Assembly: GCF_037042905.1 (NCBI RefSeq)
Contig: NC_087254.1
Location: 32,178,001 to 32,242,000 of the forward strand
Length of the DNA stretch: 64,000 nucleotides
Direction of reading: 5' to 3'
From: Lytechinus pictus
Taxonomy: Eukaryota
In this document: one piece after another, positions 12,092 to 25,560 of the stretch
Layout of the letters: each line of letters starts with the position of its first letter
Numbering within the stretch: the stretch's first letter is position 1
The notes under the pieces: generated by a model
Seen by the model: the letters and a program-made list of their open reading frames with translations, nothing else
The model's database searches: none
What the model was told of the DNA's origin: nothing
Position numbers and translations under genes: made by a program

Positions 12092-13783
12092 CTAGTACAT
12101 TACTCTGTTATTGGATCCTAATTCACACTATTCTGGGGGGAATACAATTACACAACAAGTTAAATAAAAACATCTTTAATTCACCTGACAATTGATGAAG
12201 TGAAGAAAGTAAACCAATTTATTATTTTCGATAACAAGCTCTGATACACACTGAAAGAAATTATAATTTATGAATTCATAGCTATGAATTCATAGAGAAA
12301 CATGCAAGGAATATCAATAATCAATATTATATAATTAAAATCAGAAAAAAGTTATGAATAAAACATTGAAGAATGAATAAATATCAGCTTTGAAAATACA
12401 ATTTGATTATTATACAAATTCAATTATAATAGAGTATATTACTATACTTGAATAATAAAGCAGTATCAATTTACAATATACATGTTTTCTAAAAGCACCA
12501 CTTTTGTCCCCAAATTAAGGAAGAATGAATTAAGACATGCTAAGCTTCTGTTCAAATCTAGCTAACAAAAAAATTCTGAAGAACACTAAAAGTCAAGTAC
12601 CCCGGTAAAGTAAATCAGTGAAAAAATATTTTGCTATGAATATTACTATATTTTTTTTAAATATGATCACATAAAGTAAAAGAAATCAACAGGATATTCA
12701 CCAAGAGATATTTTTTCATATATATATTTTTTTTTTTGGGGGGGGGGAATAGCTGCCTACCCCCACCCCTTTCTAGTGTGCAGACAGTCAGTTGACCTTC
12801 TGTAAACTATATATATGTGAAAGGATTATCAATTCAGGGTATATTGCAATAATAATAAATGAGTTTTTGTTGAGTTTTAAAAGGAAACATTTCAGCTCCC
12901 AAGCCTTAATTTTTTTAAAAGAGGTATTCACATGTTATGCTTTTAGATAGATGATTACGTAATCTTTCAATATCACTCTTTTAAGATGGTTATAAATCCA
13001 GACCATTGCCCATGGCCAATAATTGTAAACATGGCACAAAGGAGTGTTGCACAATCCTTTAGAGATTATTCCATTCAACTGTAAAGACTTAACACAGCTG
13101 AAAAGCTAACAATTCACTGACCTGCATAAACACTTCTCAACCTTGTAACCATACCCCTATTCCTAGACACACTTACGTGTAAGCCATGTACAGTAATTGA
13201 TTGATGTTGATGTTGTTTGCATAGAGAGTCCTTACAGGTCTGAAATGCGCTATATTCGAACTACAACTTACTATTACTACATGTATAGTGGCATACGCTG
13301 TGTATTTTAAAGAGGTATGCCTATACCATTTAATAAACCTTTAATAATGCAAGTGCCGAAAGATGTATCTCGTCCTATATATCATCATATTTGTTATAAA
13401 AAAAAGTTATAAGCTCTCTGCATAATGTGCTGTTTGCTTTCTTTGCAACAAGATTATGGCACTATGCATACTTGGCATAAATTATAAACACAGTGGTTGT
13501 TTGGTGGTTAAAAACCATTCCCAAACATTAAATTGAGATGGTGTCTGTCACAGAGAATAGGTTGTCTGCATGCACTGCATCGACACTTTGTATATTAGCC
13601 CCTTCGGTTTTGTCACAATCACTGTAGACAGAAACTGCACGTATACAGACACTTGACCCAATTTAGTGAAAATACGTGTACGTGACTATAAGCCATTTAT
13701 TATAATGCAAGGACATATGAAAAACAATCCTTAATGAATTTGAGAGCTCACAATATTTTTTTTTCTTATTGGCCTGTATTAAA

Positions 13784-14095
13784 GGCCCAGATTCTGAAGT
13801 CAGGTTTAACTTAGACCATGGTCTAACTCTGTGCTAAGATTACGGGAAGCCAAAAGTGTCAACATTTTTACTAAGTTGTATTTTTTTCATGTTTGCTGTG
13901 CTCTTTCCTGATTCATTGATGGTGAAGACAATCATGTTTTCATACTTCCTAGACAATTATGAATGATTTGAGAGCCAAATGAGCTGAAATATGATTTCTC
14001 TACTGTTGGTGATTTATGTTAACAATTGGCTATCCATACTTAAACCACAACTTTAAACCTGAGTTTAAGTTAAACCCAACTTCAGAATACGGGCC
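13784..14095. mobile_element. PIF/Harbinger-like MITE
   Basis: TIRs ggcccagattctgaagtcaggtttaactta / taagttaaacccaacttcagaatacgggcc. Confidence 0.75.
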
Positions 14096-14629
14096 TATGT
14101 GTCCAGCATTGATTTTAAAAACACTTGTTGAATTGGTGTGATGTATGAAAAACTAGCACACACAAGAACTCATGTTGCATAGGACTTCTCTGACTACATG
14201 TTCTTCTTCACATTCACCATTCAACATTGAGTTGCATTACACAGAAGTGATACTCATTCCCATTGAATGTTGCATGAAATGTACGATAATGTGCTTTATT
14301 ACTTCCCAACAGGCAAACATGTGATTTGCATAGCATGAGATTTCAGGACAACAGCCCTCTTTATTTACACAAGAATGGGTCCATCATTTGTCAATAATGA
14401 GAGGATGTTTCTCTCAAATCAAAAGCTATGCGATAACATTGCCCAGACACATTGAACCAAGGATTAAAAATAGTCATGATGGTAATTTTGCTTTTTATGA
14501 GAACTTCCATAAAACCTCGATTTTCCAGTAGACCCCCCTTGAGCATTGTTAGCATTATAGTAAAGTAATTGTGCTTGCCATACCTAAGGTCTCTTGAAGT
14601 TAATGTAAGACCACCTGACTGGGGGGGGG

Positions 14630-14811
14630 GGGGGGCTGTTTCATAAAGCTGTTCGTAAGTTAAGAGCCACTTTAAGAATGACTGGTGATCCTTTCTTATG
14701 TGCTAAACCATCGCCGATGAACATTTTGAAATATACCATTTACCACAAGAAAGGTATCACCAGTCTTCTTAGAGTCACTCTTAATTTACAAACTTTATGA
14801 AACACCCACCT
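14630..14811. mobile_element. Short Harbinger-like palindromic MITE (GGGTGTTTCATAAAG family)
   Basis: gggctgtttcataaagctgttcgtaag ... actttatgaaacacccacc; same family as 16567-16744. Confidence 0.7.
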
Positions 14812-15639
14812 GTTCACTCCACAAGGACCCTGTTCACATCTACTTTCTTAAACCAGTTTAGTGAAACGTGTGATCTTGGAAGTGATTGTAAGCAGTCTTG
14901 TAAACCAGTTTGGAAATCCACTTCGCAATGCGGTTTTCAAGACCGCTTTGCCCTCGTTAAAAACTTGTGTAAGCGTGGGTGAGGACACCATCCTTCTTCG
15001 GGTAGTGACACTGAGCCCACTTCTTTAACAAACATTACTTTGACAATCTGAGAACTTGCAAAAAGTTCACTGGAATATAAATGAACCACATATATTGCTA
15101 TGTCAGTGAATAAAACAATTTTTATAGGGCATATATTCCAAGTAACGAAATGGAGAATACAGCACACAAATAAATCTAATACATGTAAGAGAATAAACAA
15201 AAAGAAGACATTAGTACTATATTACACTACCTATATTTATGCATGAAAATACAGTTCACATAATTGCACAATGAAACGGAATAGACCAAAACCGATACCC
15301 AAATCGAAAGCAAATTGTATTCAAAAGCAACAGCATTGAAAAGAAATTCCCAGGCCATTGTAGTCCCAGTACAATGAAATGCATACCAATCTGCATGCAT
15401 TGAATACATAACAGATTTGCACTTTGTATTACATGTACATATCTAAAAAGGTATTTAATCAGAATTCAGAATTGATATTTTTACTCAATTCAATCTAGTT
15501 ATAGCAAACTAAATTTATAAGTGACTCATGCATATAAAATATGTAAAAGCTGTTTATCTTTATGTTATATGTGTGGGTGTTTGTTTTCAATTAGTTTCAA
15601 GATGTGCCACGAAATGCCCACAAAAACTTTCATTATTAC

Positions 15640-16136
15640 CCCATCCACTTGTTCACTGCAACCACCCTGCCTATGGTGAATCTATGGAGTATACAACACA
15701 CACTTAAAAATTCTTTTAAATATCACTTTTGTAACAAAATACCTATTTCCATACAGATGTGATTTATTTTTCATTAGTACCTTGGGGATCATTTTCTTTT
15801 TAATTCACCAGAGCGCTCAAAACTTTAATTTTGAGCATGTTTTTGTATAGGCCCTCTATTGGTGGAAAGAAAAATTGCAAGAAAATTGTCATTCAACAAT
15901 CTCTATTTTTAATTCAGAAAAAAAAATAATAAAAAGAATTCAATTTACTTAAAAGCCAAGCTATATGAAGAATAGTAATAATGGAAATTGACGGTGTCAA
16001 AAAAATCAAGCATTTGTCCCCAAGAACGAGAGAAAATAAGCCAAACATTGCCAACCTTACTTTACAACACAGGGAGTCCTATTCAGGGAACGAACAAGGT
16101 TACATGTACATCATAACCTTGTTCATTGAATGAGTG
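15640..16136. mobile_element. Interspersed ~0.5-kb TIR element (second copy at 22091-22585 + 25059-25084)
   Basis: Colinear similarity with 22095-22585 (ccacttgttcactgcaacca.cctgcct.tgg.gaatcta ... caagcatttgtccc..ccaaacattgcca); ends with ataaccttgttcattgaatgagtg. Confidence 0.7.
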
Positions 16137-16566
16137 CCCTGATCACAAGTACATGTATGTTGTATTGCATGGAAATTTACAGCCTTATTTCAGAGGTGTT
16201 TTTGAGTTTGCAAATTTCATGTGGTAATCATGCAATCAGCATGTATATCAACAAGACAGACCAGAATGCTAAATTTAGGGTCTTTGCTATCGAGTAAAAA
16301 TAATTACCGTTTATTTCAAAATCTATATACATAAACAGAGGCCTAAATCATATCATTGCTTTGGGCTTCTGAATCCTTGGCAGATATTTTGATAATGTAT
16401 TCTACTTTTCACAACCAATCCAAGCAAACAAATGAGCTTTTATATTCGGGGGCTACTTTTCACAACTTACTGCCTAAATCAGCAAAATTGGATGAGCATT
16501 ACATTACATGTACAATGAACAACATTGCAATGAATGGGGATTTTCCAGGGCTAAGTTTTTGAGTTT

Positions 16567-16744
16567 CCTGGTGGGTGTTTCATAAAGCTGTTCGTAAAGT
16601 TACGAGCGACTTTACGCACGACTGGAACATGTTCTTAGGTCATAACTCAATTGCATAGGGATATCACATACCACAAGAAAGGATCACCAGTCGTGCGTAA
16701 AGTCATTTGTATCTTACGAACAGCTTTATGAAACACCCACCAGG
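16567..16744. mobile_element. Near-perfect palindromic Harbinger-like MITE
   Basis: cctggtgggtgtttcataaagctgttcgtaa...gactttacgcacgactgg / ccagtcgtgcgtaaagtc...ttacgaacagctttatgaaacacccaccagg. Confidence 0.85.
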
Positions 16745-19093
16745 GCTGTTCTGAGCATTTTGATGCAAATTCGCCCGAGCATTGTGTATTTTCCTTCCAG
16801 CTTAATTGTACTGGGCATAATACGAATTCATGAATCATGATCAAAATGTTGAGTACGGAACAAATATATGACTAGTTTAGGTCATGAGACAATACTGTTT
16901 TAAAGACACCTTACCAAAAGTTAGAGCCTGTATTCGATCCTGTCAGGAATCCATGAATGAGGTCACTGGGGAATCCAGGGAGAGAGGCACAATTAAAATT
17001 TTTAATGTAAAAATGCCGTTCAAAGAGAAGTGTGCCTCCCCCTTTTAAAAGTGAAGACCTTTTTTTTGCTTGTCAAATGTGCCCCCCCCCCTTTTGGGAA
17101 ATCCTGGATCCGCCCCTGCATGAGGCGACTTTAATAAAGGGGAGCAAACTGATCACCATTGTATGTTGTCTCTCATCGACTGTGTGCCATAAATACATGT
17201 AGCTAGTCTTAAAGTATACCTTTTGAGGCCTATTTTGAGGTATTTTGGATAACCATTAGTAAATACAGAGGATAATTTGGCATATAATGTTATTTGTGGA
17301 GAGAAATTACAATGTTTTTGTGGGAAAAGGACTGTTTGCTAATTGGTAACATGCATGTAAAGTGCAATAGTTGTGATATGAATTTACCAAGTACATGTAG
17401 TGAATTGGTGCATTGGCATTCAAATGGGCAGGTTTCTTGCAAATTATTGGTTGTTTTGTGTAGGTCTGATCATGATTGGCCATTGGTTGACAGGTGGTAT
17501 TGCACTACAGGTTCATTCTTGGTCATATGTGTGACAGAAATCTTGACGAATCGTGATTTTAATAAGGTATAAATCTGTAAATTATACAGATTTATGACTA
17601 ATTATGATGATTTTTTTCATTTCATTTTGAAAATTCCTGTGAATTTCAAAATGATAAAAAAAATTAAACTTTCAAAATCATGGTTCTGTGTGAAGTCACA
17701 AATGTGACCCACTTCTTTTGACCTCTGAACTTGAACCTGCATATTGGAGACAGCAAAAATATTTCTAAATAATAGCAGACTATATAAAACTTGATGTTAT
17801 ATAACCTTTGAATTAATAAATCTCTAAAAAAAAATTTTTTTAAACTAATTGTATTCAAGATTTGTCATAATTTTGGTCACACATGTGACCAAGAATGGCC
17901 ATACAGCACAGTGGCATTGGCTCCTACAACAAACGATCAATATTAATAAGATCCAATGCTTAATCAAAAGAAAGTCTTCAGTGCATTAAAAACTACTTAA
18001 TTGAATACATGTACTATATTTACTTTTAAAGTATGTATATAATACATAAATGGTATGACTTTAGTAATTTGAAACAAACCTTATATGAACAAAACGTACA
18101 TGTAATAGAAATACTTGCCAATTAGGATAAGATCCCAGACAACTTGATCCCAGATGCTGACCTGTAAATGTACTACATGTGTAAATACTCACTGACCTGT
18201 AAAATGTACTTAATATTCATAATAAAAATACAACATTAAATTTACAACTTCAATTCAGCTGGTATCAAGAGAATAGGTGAATTTTGAATGTAACGCAGAT
18301 CACTATGTAGTCACTCAAATATAACCTTAAATAATTTCTGGTTTATATTCAGTACCAGCAACTTTCAACAAAAGGTACATGGCTATACTGAAACTGGCAT
18401 ACACTATACATGCAAAATAAAGCACGTTCTTGTTTGTCAAGAAATGTTTAAGGATGTACTTGTTTTAATAAAGGTTCAGTATATAGGTAACTGCACACGA
18501 TATGTTACTTTGTTAGTTTTTCTTTAGCTAAAAACATGGTCTTTTCCAGATTTTACCTTAAGCTTACATGCTTCTTTAAAAGGTAGCATAACTATTTCAC
18601 ATGCATACATACATGTGTGTCATCAAGTATTCTATTAATTCATTCCTCTTTCAATTTCCTGTATATAAAGCACCTTGATTTGATCAAGAGAAGGTTATAA
18701 TTTTTTTTGTATTGACAAAAGTTTATTTATTTAGGGAATTTTCACTCAGAACAAAGGATTCATGAAGAGTAATATCTTCTTAACTAACATGACAATGAAT
18801 CCTTCAATCCACTAATGAAGTGAATAAATAGCTGGAATAGCTGTAACATGCTTTTTCCAAAATGGATGACACTGCAAACGGATAATTCACTCTGAACTTA
18901 GGAAAGAGCCATCAATCTGGTTCTTCTATTTTTAAGAAAGACTCTATCGGAGTCTTTGTAATGTAAAAATCCATCTCTCTTTACTTGAATCTTCAGTGTG
19001 ACTCTTAAGCAAACATTCCCTATTCAGTTAATCACCCATCTCTCACAGAGTTGTAATTGAGAGTGCAGTTTCAGAACAATTTGAAACTGTCAC

Positions 19094-20515
19094 TCAGTAC
19101 TTATGCTTCAGCATACCACTTATCTTTCTGGGGTTCTTTAATATGCTCTTCAGCCATTTCCGTATCCTCTGGAGAGCCCAGGATGGAAGGTCCAGGAAAC
19201 AGTTCACACTCTGATCCCTTGGATGCGGAAGATCATGGTTGGACAGGCACCTTGTCAGGATCACTAGGATATCAAAGAACCGTTCTGCCAACATCTGTTC
19301 ATCCCACTCTGTTTCTTCGACACAAGCGATGTACATGATGGCTAGTAGGTGGGCATGAGAGAGCACTTGAAGTTTGGAGTTGTTGACTCTCAGGACTTCC
19401 ATGATGGCCAAACACTTCATCCTGCATCCCCCATCTGAGCCATCAAGCTCATGTAGCATCTCAAGCACAAACTCATTGAAGCACCACATCCAAAGATTAG
19501 TATCAGGGCGAAGATTCAACTCCATACTTTCTACTTCATCATATTCATCATCTTGCATAACACCGGAAGGACGTGGAGAGAATGGAGACGATGACAGGGT
19601 CACAAGTCTGGGACCAAGTTTGGCATAGATTTTAGCTTCTATGGTCACACTTGGTTCTTCTCCGGGGGACATCTTGCAGAATTCGTTGATACTGCTACCC
19701 AGAAGCCTTTGTAGATGGCGAAGCACATATGCAGGGCAGAGATAGTTTCCGACCATAAACTTGTCCCAAGGATCCTGGCCTTTCGGGATGAAGTCCAGAT
19801 TGATCCGTCTTACCAGGAAGTACCCAGGTGCCTTCAGAACAGAATGTCGAGCATCTTCATACTCCCAAGTGTGGGGGTTCATTTCAATAGGAAGCACAAG
19901 TAATTTGGTGGATGCATCATAAGCTTTGACAATGGTAACCTGAGACCTGTCCCCAGCAAAGAAGGCATTCTGGATGGGGAGGTTATTTCCATGTTGTTTC
20001 ACAAACTTCATGAAGAATGTTTTAAATGGCTTCAGCTCTTCTCTTTCAGATTGCTGCCTCTCTTCATTAGGTAGGACATAGCTTGTGTAGTAGCTCTCCA
20101 ACCTTGTTTTGAGAGGTAATCCACTTGCGCTTGGCACATCAGAATTGACGGGTAACATTCGCACATTTGCATGTTCCTGAGCAGCAGCTTCTTCATAATC
20201 ATCAGAATCCACTTCCTCGTAATCTGACCAATCACAGGTTCGGCGACCAGATGCGTATGGTTCTTTCTCTTCTTCTGCTCCATCATCACTACAGCTCTCT
20301 ACCTGAGCAGAGGAAGATGCTGCCATCTGCTGCTGACGTTGACGGTGGTGAGCTTGGGCATTGTATTTTTCCCTCTGCTTTGTTGCTTTGTATGCTTCTG
20401 CTGCAAGGATGGCACTTGCTGAAAGTACACCTAGACCAGCTGCAGCCTTAAGCCCCATTGCCCACCAGGAATCTCTTTCCTGGGCAGAGGACCTCTCTCT
20501 GTTGTTATGTGCCAT
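19094..20515 (-). CDS. MIEF1: Mitochondrial dynamics protein MiD49/MiD51-like (N-terminal TM anchor + inactive Mab-21/cGAS-like nucleotidyltransferase fold), 473 aa, single coding exon
   Basis: N-terminal hydrophobic anchor (WWAMGLKAAAGLGVLSASAILAAEAYK). Blocks match recalled vertebrate MiD51: LKTRLESYY ~ LQEKLLTYY; PGYFLVRRINLDFIPKGQDPWDKFMVGNYLCP ~ [32 protein letters not shown]; NLW...ELDGSDGGCRMKCL ~ NLW...ALDQADSGCRSLCL; EETEWDEQMLAERF ~ EEADWSPDMLADRF. Splice acceptor (ttggttcag) ~15 nt upstream of the ATG. Confidence 0.92.
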   Translation of the reverse strand: MAHNNRERSSAQERDSWWAMGLKAAAGLGVLSASAILAAEAYKATKQREKYNAQAHHRQRQQQMAASSSAQVESCSDDGAEEEKEPYASGRRTCDWSDYEEVDSDDYEEAAAQEHANVRMLPVNSDVPSASGLPLKTRLESYYTSYVLPNEERQQSEREELKPFKTFFMKFVKQHGNNLPIQNAFFAGDRSQVTIVKAYDASTKLLVLPIEMNPHTWEYEDARHSVLKAPGYFLVRRINLDFIPKGQDPWDKFMVGNYLCPAYVLRHLQRLLGSSINEFCKMSPGEEPSVTIEAKIYAKLGPRLVTLSSSPFSPRPSGVMQDDEYDEVESMELNLRPDTNLWMWCFNEFVLEMLHELDGSDGGCRMKCLAIMEVLRVNNSKLQVLSHAHLLAIMYIACVEETEWDEQMLAERFFDILVILTRCLSNHDLPHPRDQSVNCFLDLPSWALQRIRKWLKSILKNPRKISGMLKHKY

Positions 20516-22585
20516 CGAGACCCGAGCACCTGAACCAAAAACAGAAAAAAAGAAAGATTAATTTTTCAATAATTATTCAAGTCTATGGATTATCTTTATT
20601 TCTCCATCTCTCAAAAGTTGCAGCAAATTATTTTAATGAAGTCATCATGATTTAACTCTTGATGAACATGTAAAAAACCTCTTTTGAAACTAACCATCTT
20701 TTTCAAAGAGGCTCTTTAGGCTGAAAATAATATCATTTGACCACCAGATAAAGAAAAAGCAGACAAACAAAACACTAAAAAGGTAATTAAATCGGACAAG
20801 GATTAACAAAGTTATAACATTTTAAAGGTAACTCCACTCCTGAAAAACGTTGATTTGAATTAACACAGAAAAATCAAAGAAGCACAACACTGAAAATTTC
20901 ATCAAAAAGTTAAAACGGATGTAAAATAAGAGTTACGGTATGACAACTTAAAGTTTTGCTTATTTTTCACAAAACAGTTATGTGCACGACTGAATGATGA
21001 GAGTCAATAATGTCCCTCCCTCACCATTTCTTTTGTATTTTATTATTTGAATTATAGGCACTACAATATAAATATTTCAATTTATAAAGACCTTTTTGTG
21101 CGAAAGACAAATTTTAAAACAATGATGTTTCACTTGACAATGAGAAGAAAATAAGAATACAAAAGAAATAGTGAGTAGATGTCATCGGTCTCCTCATTAG
21201 CATACCGACAAGGATGTGAATATAATGTAGGACCTGTTTTGTGAAATAAAGTGAAATTTTTAACTGTCATTTCTTTCTTATTTTACATACGAATTTGAAG
21301 AATTTTTCAAAGTAATGCTGGTTTGATTTTTTTATTTTTATCCACCCAACTTTTTGCTGGGTCAGACTTGTCCTTAAAAAATTGTGCATTAATAATTTTG
21401 GTGAAATAGTTCTACGAATCTCTTCAAGAATAGGCAATAAGGCAGCTGATTCCAAATTATTCTTTTGTATTTTATTAAATGAAAATATTATTTATTAAAA
21501 TTTTGCCATCCAAAAGTGAAAAAAATGGATTGATTGACAACTGATAATGTATAAGATAGCCTAATCATTGCTGGAAATTATTTTGTTACGGATATGAATT
21601 GTGATATCCATTATCATGTGAAGATCTAATAAGAAAAAGGAAATTGGGGACATTTCTAGTCCTTTTCAGGCAACCAATTTTTGGTACATTTGTGATTAAT
21701 GACAAAATCAATTTGCATTGCATTCTAAAACTAGTAAAAAAAAGTACAGTACTCAAAAGATGTCAAATACAGAAACGTTAATGATCCGGCCTTGCCTTAG
21801 ACTGAAAAATCAGTCTATTTTGCATAATTTCAGTCAGAGATATGGTCTGCTGAGACTTCATCTGGCTCCGCAGCATCCCAGGACGACTAAAAAATCAGAA
21901 AATGTTTAAAAACTCCTACGAAACAGCAGACTTTTCAGCCTAACGACCAGTAGCCTTGCCGACATGATATTATATCATAACCTTGTTCATTGAATGAGTG
22001 GATATATGTACACTGTCTCTACTACATGTACTTTAAAATCAGATCACACAATTTATAACCAGTACAGTACCGTAGATCTATTTAAAACAAGGCTATAACC
22101 ACTTGTTCACTGCAACCATCCTGCCTGTGGGGAATCTACAGGTAGGACTATGGTATGCCAATGCTGTACATAGCACACTTTAAAAATCATTAAAAATATC
22201 ACTTTTGTGATCAAAATTACTAATTTCCATACAGTTGTAATTTATTTTTCATTAGTAACTTGGGAATAATTTTTGTATTCACCAGAGTGCTCAAAAACTT
22301 GAATTTTGGGCATATTTTTGTGTACGCCCTCTATTGGTGGAAAGTAATATGGCAATAAAATTTTCATTTTTCACTCTCTATTTTTAATTAAGAAAAAATA
22401 ATTTAAAGAATTAAATTTACATAAGAGCCAAGCTATATGATGAATAGCTGTAATGAAAACTGACAGTGTAAGAAAATCAAGCATTTGTCCCATAGAAAAA
22501 GAGAAAATAAGCCAAACATTGCCATCCTTATTTTGCCACACAGTCATGGAGATGTAACTGAGAACAAGGTTATATCATAACCTTG

Positions 22586-25058
22586 GGCCTGTTGCATGAA
22601 AGGGTCTTTCGTAGAACCATTCTACGTAAGAACGAGATATCGCTCAACTGTTTCACAAAGCCAATTTGGGCGATACGAAGAATGGTCCTTGGAAAGACAC
22701 CTCCAGACATGTCCTACGTAGGCATGATCTTCTTTGCACACCGCCCGCCACCGTCGGCATTGAGAGAAAATGCGTTTACGGCAAGCCACACTGACATATC
22801 ACCTTCAAAATTTTTGGGGGGGTTGCACACTGATGCATTTTATCTGGGATGGCGCCAAGTTATTTTTTATATGGGGGCTAGTTGTCATCAATTTCAGGTC
22901 GTCTTTTTGCACGGCAAGACAACCAAAAACATGTCATTTTAACTTCAGGGACTCAGTTTTACGGGGAGTGAGAGTGATCACTCGCTACCGCTCTCCTTAT
23001 TCCATTTTTGGTAGAGCGATTTATCACTCGCCTCAGCTATTGCTTAACAAGAGTGTTAGTCAGTGATCAAACTGTTAGAGTCAACCTTAAAACCTCATTT
23101 TCTGTCAAGGTTTTGTAAATAACACACAATTATATTGTATGCAATAACACACTTGCAAGAATGACATTAAAAAGTTCAATGAGATAAATATTGCATAGAT
23201 CTACTGTACATGTATATCTGATTGTTTGTCTCCTTTGGTTGTGGGTTGTAACTTAGTGTATGTTCCTCCATCCATTTTGAAATCAGACAAGAGAGCTCCC
23301 CTTGTATGTCAAAGAAGAAGCTTTTTGTAGTGCTCCCCTTAAAAGTTTTAGGAGAGCTTTTTATTGCTCCTTTCATAATAATAAAACTGAGTCCCTGTAA
23401 CTTCTCCGGGCATTATGTCCGGGGGTAATGTAGGCCCAAATATTTTTTTTAATATGTTTTCTTTTATTCTCCGTCCTATCCCCACACCGTTTCCATTAAT
23501 TTTTATTTGAAATATCGAAATGGGCGGCAGTATCTCTCTGACCCCTCATGCTTTCTCATAGATAATTAATTAAACAACATGAAAACAAATTTCTTTTTAA
23601 AAAATGATGTAAGGTAAAAAACGTGTTTATATCCTTCAGCTAAAACAAAATACGATACAAAACTAAAATGTTAAACATGGTAAATCATTCATTTATTTTT
23701 ATTTCATTTTCATTGTAGGCCTAATTATTTTTTGCTGAGATTAATTTTAATCAATGAAAATTAATTGTCGGATTTGGGCTAACTAATTGAGATGTGAAAC
23801 AGTGAAACAAAACAAAAAAGAGTCTGCATTAACAAAATAGCTAATTGAATTTAAGATACAGATTTGGCCTATAGCTTACGAATCCATCACAATTATTACA
23901 AATGAAGATAAGCTAGTTCATTAAAGAAAAGATTATGGAAAGTCCATACGGAGAGGTGCATTTTAAATCGTAGGGTAGGCCCCTTTCGGCCCCTATGTAA
24001 TGTTATAAAGCAATAATGTAGTCTCTACTACTCAACTTTGAAATGTTGAACATATATATTTTTTATATTCTTAAACTATATTCTTATATAAGCTTCCATA
24101 AATTAAGTGATCAACTTTAAAGATGACCAACGTTTATGATCATTGTAATATTTAGCATTATTTCTGTAAATAGTATTTTTTCCATTGCGGATTGCACACC
24201 TTTTTCTATGTTTTAATTGTTATTTCAAAGCACTACTTTATCCACTTGGACATGTTTGCAGCAATTTTCATATTTTCCTTGTCTTCGGTTACTCATCATG
24301 CAACTCGTCTGAGGTATGTTTATACTCTAAACACTCACATTTGTATTTCTTGCGTTATATCTGACAAATAAAATAAATAAATCAAATTTTTCACAGGCAG
24401 CCTCTCATATTTTCCTTTTTAGTCTCATACAATCAGACACTGTTGATTTTGTTTACTCCATTCAAACCCTATTTTTACCTCAACAGATAACATATTAACG
24501 CATAATTTGCAAAATCATCATTATATATATATATATGTATAAAAAAATCAGTATATTGAACTAATAAAATGTCGAAATTACTTAGTTAAATCAATTTTTA
24601 TGTCGGACAAGGGTCTTTTTCGTTGAAATATCAATGAAAGGTGTCTCTGAAAGGACACCGTGTTCTAAATAAGGGAAATAATGAAAATTTCGATTTTATC
24701 CAGTTTTGTTTGTGAATCTTGAAAGTTTTTTTTCTTTTTTAAAAATACCTCATAAAGTACGCTCCATACATCAATTCTACAATCAGTAATAAATAAAACA
24801 TTATTTGATCCCCTTTTATTGAAATATATGATTTTATGAAAAGTCGTCATTCCGAAATAAAAGGTTCAGGTGACGATGAAGACTAAATATTTTTCCGATA
24901 CTATCGATATCAAACGATGTCGCGGACTTGAAAGACAAAATTGCCTTCGTGAAACGGAAAGTGCTGATTTGTCGCCAATCTTCCTATCTCGGAAGAATGG
25001 TCCTAGGATGTTCCTACATATCGCTCATCTCGTCATGCAACAGGCATGACAGGCCCCA
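22586..25058. mobile_element. ~2.5-kb non-autonomous Harbinger-like element nested inside another repeat
   Basis: TIRs gcctgttgcatga / tcatgcaacaggc; it splits the host motif ataaccttg|ttcattgaatgagtgg, which is intact at ~16113 and ~21977. Confidence 0.7.
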
Positions 25059-25125
25059 GGTTCATTGAATGAGTGGCTATAACCTCGTTCCTGGATGAGT
25101 GGCTAAATTACTAGTACCAGCTCAC

Positions 25126-25560
25126 CTGTATTTTAAAGGCTGTATCACTACCCTGCCTCTGTCTGCTGCTCTGGTTCCCCGTCTGGTCCCCTCTTTCTTG
25201 TCCCGGGTCCGGAGTGGTTGTACTGCGTCAGCGCGAGAAGTGGTAGATAGAAAGTGTTGGTACCGGTATGTTTACAATACTACTCCTCCCACTACGCACC
25301 TGTGTCTGTGCCTGGGCTGCGGCTTTGCAGTGTGTGAGCCTGTGTTGACTTGTGGCTGGAACTTAGAGTTTCGGCGTCTCTCGAGCTCTCGAGACTCGAC
25401 TACCGGCTACCGTACAAAGTTACAGTCCCAGTCTTCTATAGTTTCAACTATTAGCTACCTACCTACCCGCCATCACACCTTCAAAGATGATAAACCAGCC
25501 ATTAGAATTGATAGCACCGAATTAATCAAGAGTTGTCGTCACGTCTTGTCGCTCCACACT
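25126..25560 (-). other. Probable non-coding first exon (5'UTR) of the MiD49/51-like gene
   Basis: GC/CpG-rich block ending in the minus-strand donor aaatacag|GTGAGC at 25126/25125; it pairs with the acceptor at ~20531. The 5' boundary is approximate. Confidence 0.5.

Noticed and set aside
19057-20655. Several plus-strand ORFs overlapping the MiD CDS
   Set aside because: Antisense shadows of a real coding exon, with no independent evidence.
25126-25560. altMiD51-like LYR microprotein uORF upstream of the MiD gene
   Set aside because: Minus-strand ATGs here open only 4- and 9-codon ORFs; no LYR motif was seen here or in the intron.
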